From positions 45,880,001-45,944,000 of the forward strand of contig NC_043015.1 of NCBI RefSeq assembly GCF_006345805.1: a DNA stretch of 64,000 bases. Reading direction: 5' to 3'. The stretch comes from Octopus sinensis (lineage: Eukaryota). Below, piece by piece: positions 58,466-64,000 of this stretch. Positions within the stretch are counted from its first letter, which is position 1; every line of letters begins with the position of its first letter. Position numbers and translations under genes: made by a program. Below the pieces are notes generated by a model, which did not search any database, was not told the origin of the DNA, and saw nothing but the letters and a program-made list of their open reading frames with translations.

Positions 58466-59391
58466 GATGTAACTGAAAAATTATGCTTGTATACTATTGT
58501 GAGCAGAGTTTCGGATGTCCCAGGAAGTCCTTCATCAAGGACTGGAATGTTCTTGTGAAGTCTTAAACTTATAACCACATACACACCACCACCATCATCC
58601 TCATCATCATTTAGCATCTATTTTCTATGCTCGTTTGAGTGGTTTGACTAGAGATGGTATACCAGAGAGCTAAGTCTCCAAGAAAGACTTTTGTCTGAAA
58701 TGGCAATCATTTTGCTATGGTGTGCCAATTTCACCATACATCCATACCTATAAGTATGGGAATATGTGCTGGGAGACGCATATAGTTTTTATTACTATAA
58801 CCAGCAGAAGTTAGTGATTCAAGGACCAAGAATTTCATGCACTGACAACTTATCAAACTTGTTTCTAAACCACAAAACTTTCGGCCTTTGAGTTGCTCTG
58901 TAACTTCTATTGATTTACATATAAAAAAAAATGTTTATACACTCATGTATTTCAGTTCCAATTTTCCTGTGTGAATGTATGCAGTAATGTATCTATAGTA
59001 TTACTCATATAATTGTTTTATGCCACCAACCTTAGGCTTAGTGTTCAGACACAAAACACTGCTATCAACTTAACTGTGATCCACAAATCCAGTTTTCCAG
59101 ACAGCTTTAGTACTCTACTGTATGTAACCATTGCCCTGTGTCCTTCCTGTAAATATACTGTTTTATCTGGGAAAGGGTTGCAAGCTGTTGAGTCTCCATT
59201 CTCTAGTGTTTCCTGTTGATCTGAACAGAACAGAACAGTTACTGTTCACCACTTCTCTAGTGGTGTGTACATCCCACAAATATTGAGGATATTGACAGCA
59301 TTAATAGTCGTTTGGGCCACTTAGGAAGGGAGTGTTGTTTACTTATTGGCTCTGAAACTTGCAAACCATTAGTACCACCCATAAAAATATT

Positions 59392-59769
59392 ACTCTTTTA
59401 CTTGTTTGTCATTTGACTGCGGCCATGCTGGAGCACCGGCTTTAGTCGAGCAAATCGACCCTGGGACTTATACTTTGTATGCCCAGTACTTTTTCTATCG
59501 GTCTCTTTTGCCGAATCGCTAAGTGACAGCGACGTAAACACACCAGCATCGGTGGTCAAGCAATGCTAGGGGGACAAACACACACATACATATATATATA
59601 TATACATATACGACGGGCTTCTTTCAGTTTCCGTCTACCAAATCTACTCACAAGGCATTGGTCAGCCCGGGGCTATTGCAGAAGACACATGCCCAAGATG
59701 CCACGCAGTGGGACTGAACCCGGAACCATGTGGTTGGTTAGCAAGCTACTTACCACACAGCCACTCCTG
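59392..59769 (-). mobile_element. SINE family A, full length
   Basis: Reverse-complement alignment to 320-776. Confidence 0.9.
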
Positions 59770-60025
59770 TCACCATCTCATTAAGATGGTGGAATGGTGT
59801 TGAGCCAGTTTTAATGTTTAAAACCATTCAATTTTATTAAATACTTCAACTTGTTCACCTCTTTTCCCCATCTTCACACTCTCCCTGCTCTCTTTGTGAG
59901 AAACTTTTAGTTTCAGATCTACTCTGATTAAGCAAACTATTTGTGACCGTCTAATCTTTTAATTTTATTTTCTGAGTCTCAACCAGGGCCCATATAAGAT
60001 TTTGTTAAAATTTATAGGCATATGG

Positions 60026-60224
60026 TAGTGCTTTTCAACCTTTTTGCTGGAGCGGAACCCCAAGGAAACATTCCACTGGCTCAAGGAATCCCTGCGCAAT
60101 AATTTCAGTCTTATGCACACATATCTGCACAGGAGAATTATAAATTACTGCCGATTTTAGCAGTTTTGTAACTTCTTGCAGAACCCACGGACTGTACTGG
60201 TGGAACCCTGGTTGAAAACCACTG
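60026..60224. mobile_element. hAT-type MITE
   Basis: TAGTGCTTTTCAACC ... GGTTGAAAACCACTG; 8-bp flanks GCATATGG / GCATAGGG (7/8). Confidence 0.72.
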
Positions 60225-60228
60225 GCAT

Positions 60229-60472
60229 AGGGGGTGGCTGTATGGTAAGTAGCTTGCTTACAAACCACATGGTTCTGGGTTCTGTCCCACTGCGTGGCAA
60301 GTGTCTTCTACAAAGCCTTGGGCCGACCAAAGCCTTGGGAGTGAATTTGGTAGATGGAAACTAAAAGAAGCCCGTCGTGTATGTGTGTATACGTTTGTGT
60401 GTGTTTGTCCCCCCCCCCACATCGTGGTGCTCTAGCATGGCCGCAGTCAAATGACTGAAACAAGTAAAAGAG
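60229..60472 (+). mobile_element. SINE family A with internal deletion
   Basis: Head and 3' end present, middle of the 3' body missing. Confidence 0.82.
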
Positions 60473-60901
60473 AGTAATAGATCAGTTACACTTCAACAAT
60501 ATACAAAATGCTTTAACAATTTTTTCGGACATGAATTAAAATAAGAAAAGTAATAAACGAATGAAGAACAAATATATAGTGCGTGTGTTTATTTGGCAAA
60601 ATAAAATTTTTAAAAACCTATCCCGAAATACAACAAATATCCAAATATTATGAAAATACGATAGGTTTTAAAAAATGAAAAAAAACCTCGAATGACTCTG
60701 TAGGGGAGAGGGTCCGTAGACCTTAAAAGAACTTTGAGCACCATTGATCTAGGGCAGCGATGTCCCCGTTCATTTTAAGGTGGGAAGGAATGGTTTGACA
60801 TTGGGTACAATTTCTAGCAGCTCGATTGACCGCATTGAGCAGTCCGGGACAAACTGCAGCCCATGGGACTTTCTGGACGGTATTCTTAATGAAAAATATA
60901 A

Positions 60902-61325
60902 GGCGGCGGGCGAGCTGGCCGAATCGTTTGCACGCCCGGCGAAATGCCTTGCGGTATTTCGTCTGCCGTTACGTTCTGAGTTCAAATTCCGCCGAGGTCG
61001 ACTTTGCCTTTCATCCTTTCGGGGTCGATAAATTAAGTGCCAGTTACGCACTGGGGGTCGCTGTAACCGACTTAATCCGTTTGTCTGTCCTTGTTTGTCC
61101 CCCTCGGTGTTTAGCCCCTTGTGGGTAGTAAAGAAATAGTTATTTCGTCTGTCTTTACGTTCTGAGTTCAATTTCCGCCGAGGTCGACTTTGCCTTTCAT
61201 CCTTTCGGGGTCGATAAATTAAGTACCAGTTACGCACTGGGGTCGCCATAATCGACTTAATTCGTTTGTCTGTCCTTGTTTGTCCCCTGTGTTTTTAGCC
61301 CCTTGTGGCTAGTAAAGAAATAGGT
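60902..61325 (+). mobile_element. SINE family B with duplicated body
   Basis: Head ggcggcgggcgagctggccgaatcg; two bodies. Confidence 0.88.
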
Positions 61326-62732
61326 ATTAATGAAAAATTACTTAAGGTTTTTTTTTCCTGTTAATAGTGGGGCCCACTCTTCAGAAAACGGTTGTCCCTG
61401 TCTGACATGGAGTGGGGGGGGGCTCCTTTGTTAATTTGTGAGAACAGTTATAACGTGGCGTATTTGCTTTCGAAGTTCTCTAGCGTGTGTGTGTGTGTAT
61501 GTGTGTGGTGTGTACACGTATACCATAAAGAAAAAGATGCGTGTCTGTGTCTGATACGGTATGAACACGTTCTCTTTAGCTCGTAGAAAGAACCACACTA
61601 ACGTTGAAGGTATATACTTTTACAGTTTGTGTCTGAAATAAAGAAAATAAAACGTTAACACAATACACTGAATAACCAATGCGTATGGTCCTTGCTCTAG
61701 ATTGTGTGTGGTGGAGAGGTGCGCCGTGTAATCATACGTACGTGTATGTGTATATATATCTCTGTGTGTGTGTGTGTGTAGAACAGTTCTGTAGTTCTGT
61801 AAACTTATATGGAGAGAGAAAGAAGCAGCGTGAACTAGAAGCCGGGTTTATTGTTGAAATGAGAAAATCTGGTGTTAGGAAGAAAGTAAGGCTGTGTTGG
61901 TGAAGTAACGGAGGAAGAAGTGGGGTGGGCGAATTGAGTGAGCCAGGCAGAGAGAGAGAGAGAAGAGAGCTATCACCACCCATCACCTCTTCTCTTCCTA
62001 CCTATTTGGCAGATTGTCTATATCTCTCTACATCACTTCTGTGTTTTTTTTTTTGGGGGGGGGGTTACTTTTTCTGCCATCTTTCTATATTTTCTTTTCT
62101 ATTTGTGTTGCTCTCTTTTTTTCTGTTACTATTTGTGTTGCTTTGCTTTACACACACACACTTTTACTCCTCTTCTTCTCACCCCCCTCTCTCTCTCTCT
62201 CTTTGGAATTTTTTCAACTCTGGCTGTTTTATGCTGGAATGAATCGTGGATTGCTGTAGCCTATGGAATTACCCAACATTTTATTTCTTTCTTTCTTACT
62301 AGCTTTCAAACCAACTACAGTTTTTCGACACTTTTTTTCCCTCCTTCTTACGTCACAAATGCCCCTTCGAAAAAAATATGAACTTAACAGTTTTTTACTA
62401 AGGTGTCCCCCTTTTTTTCTCTCTAATGGTATCCTTTCATGAGGTTTAAAGATTTGTGTTGCCTTTCGTATCAAAAATTACATCCAAATAACTAGGAATC
62501 CTCTCCACAGAGTTGGAAAATACCTTCATCTCCTGGTCTTCTTCAAAACTCTGTTGCGACCTAATACACAACCACATTCCTAGATCACATCCAAATTGAT
62601 TGATAGATTCACTGCAGAATTCCACTACGGCTGCGTGGTTCTTCAGTTCTATTTGCAAACTACATGGTTCCTGGTTCGAGTGGGATGATCGATAGGCTTC
62701 TCTCCGCTCTGACTTCTATTGTTACTGATTTT

Positions 62733-63156
62733 GGATCTTTTCGGTTTGAACGGCAGTTTTTTCTAGCGGTGTCATATGAAATTGTTACCCATAATTATTA
62801 CCCTAGTATCGATCTATTGCATTTCTATCTGTTTTAGGGTTGGGGTTGGTTAGGGGTGGGGGAAGGGTATCTTTTTTTCTTCACAAATGTAAATAAACCC
62901 AATCTGTTTCTTAAACGAGGGACATATTCATACGGCACAGAATATTTTTTTTTACCTCAATAGACGTCATTGATTGGTTGAAATTGCAGAAATTGAAGGA
63001 AAAAAAAACAAATATCTTACAAACTATAGAATTTTTTCAATAAAGCCCAGAGAAAAAGATGTTTTATAAACACATTCTACCAGTATATGAAGTTTAAAAG
63101 TGTTTAGTTACGTGGAAATTATTTTTAAAAAACTGCCGTTCAAACCGAAAAGATCC
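62733..63156 (-). mobile_element. Same MITE
   Basis: Perfect TIR ends, colinear with 7919-8338; TSD imperfect (actgatttt / tatgatttt). Confidence 0.9.
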
Positions 63157-63597
63157 TATGATTTTAGTATTTGTTCCAGTTGCATTTGATAGATTAAAGA
63201 AAAAATCTGAAAATTTAAAATGCTATCATCTTGTATAGTGTGTGTGTGTGTGTGTGTGTGTGTTTGGTTGTATTTTGAGACAAATGAATGTAACTTATCC
63301 TTTGACGGCATTTTTCTAAAAATATTTAAAATTGTAAATATTTATTATAATCTTAGGTTAACCACAAAATAAAGATTGTATTGAAAATACATAAGAGATC
63401 TAACAATGTATAGAGTTTAAAGTCCCAGGACTTATGAATCACCTGCGTGTGTGTGTGTGTATGTGTGTGTGTTTGCACGCATGTATATACGTATATACAC
63501 GTTCTTTTCAATAACAGCCTAGTTGACAACACCCATCTCCGTTTTCATTACCGTTTCTGTTTCCACCACCTCAGCTCCTTATTAAACGCTATATACA

Positions 63598-63850
63598 CAC
63601 TGGGGTCGATGTAATCGACTTAATCCGTTTGTCCTTGTTTGTCCTCTCTGTGTTTAGCCCCTTGTGGGTAGTAAAGAAATAGGTATTTCGTCTGTCTTTA
63701 CGTTCTGAGGTCGACTTTGCCTTTCATTTTTTTCCGGGTCGATTAAACAAGTACCAGTTACACACTGGGGTCGATGTAATCAACTTAATACCTATGTCTG
63801 TCCTTGTTTGTCCCCTCTGTGTTTAGCCCCCTATGGGCAATATAGAAATG
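63598..63850 (+). mobile_element. SINE family B fragments
   Basis: cactggggtcgatgtaatc...ttagcccc occurs twice. Confidence 0.8.
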
Positions 63851-64000
63851 AATAACTAATATTTAATATAATAGGGTGTTTTTTTAAACATCAAATGGCT
63901 ATGAGGTCCCACCCTAGCAAAATAGGAATCAAAGGTAAAAAGTGGTTGAAGAAACACTGGTTTTTAAACCAATGTTTTACCAACTGTCTGGTGTGTGTCC

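Overview
AT-rich, microsatellite- and SINE-saturated animal genomic DNA. The repeat families and composition look like an Octopus (coleoid cephalopod) genome; this comes from pattern recognition, not a database match. The only host protein-coding sequence I can support is the first coding exon of a Quaking/HOW (STAR family) gene at 33822-33948 (+). No later exon was recognised, so 33949-64000 is probably intron 1. The exon lies in a ~740-bp tandem duplication whose error pattern suggests an unmerged contig overlap. A ~25-unit tandem array of tRNA-Gly(TCC) copies spans ~3.9-8.7 kb; only two copies are intact, and the array is interrupted by a SINE and an 8-bp-TSD MITE. The most striking unannotated signal is a set of minimal type-I hammerhead ribozymes with short, palindromic or near-palindromic helix III, typical of Penelope-like elements. 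Three have an intact core (9900-9969 -, 24640-24733 -, 41884-41968 +), one is a near-canonical variant, and several are relics. The 41.9-kb one lies sense inside the presumed qki intron. A bipartite Quaking response element (TACTAAC-gca-TAAT) abuts the qki 5' splice site, suggesting autoregulation. The rest is three SINE families, LINE (RTE, R4/NeSL-like) and DD37D transposase remnants, MITEs, satellites and fold-back palindromes. All long ORFs in the track are microsatellite artefacts.
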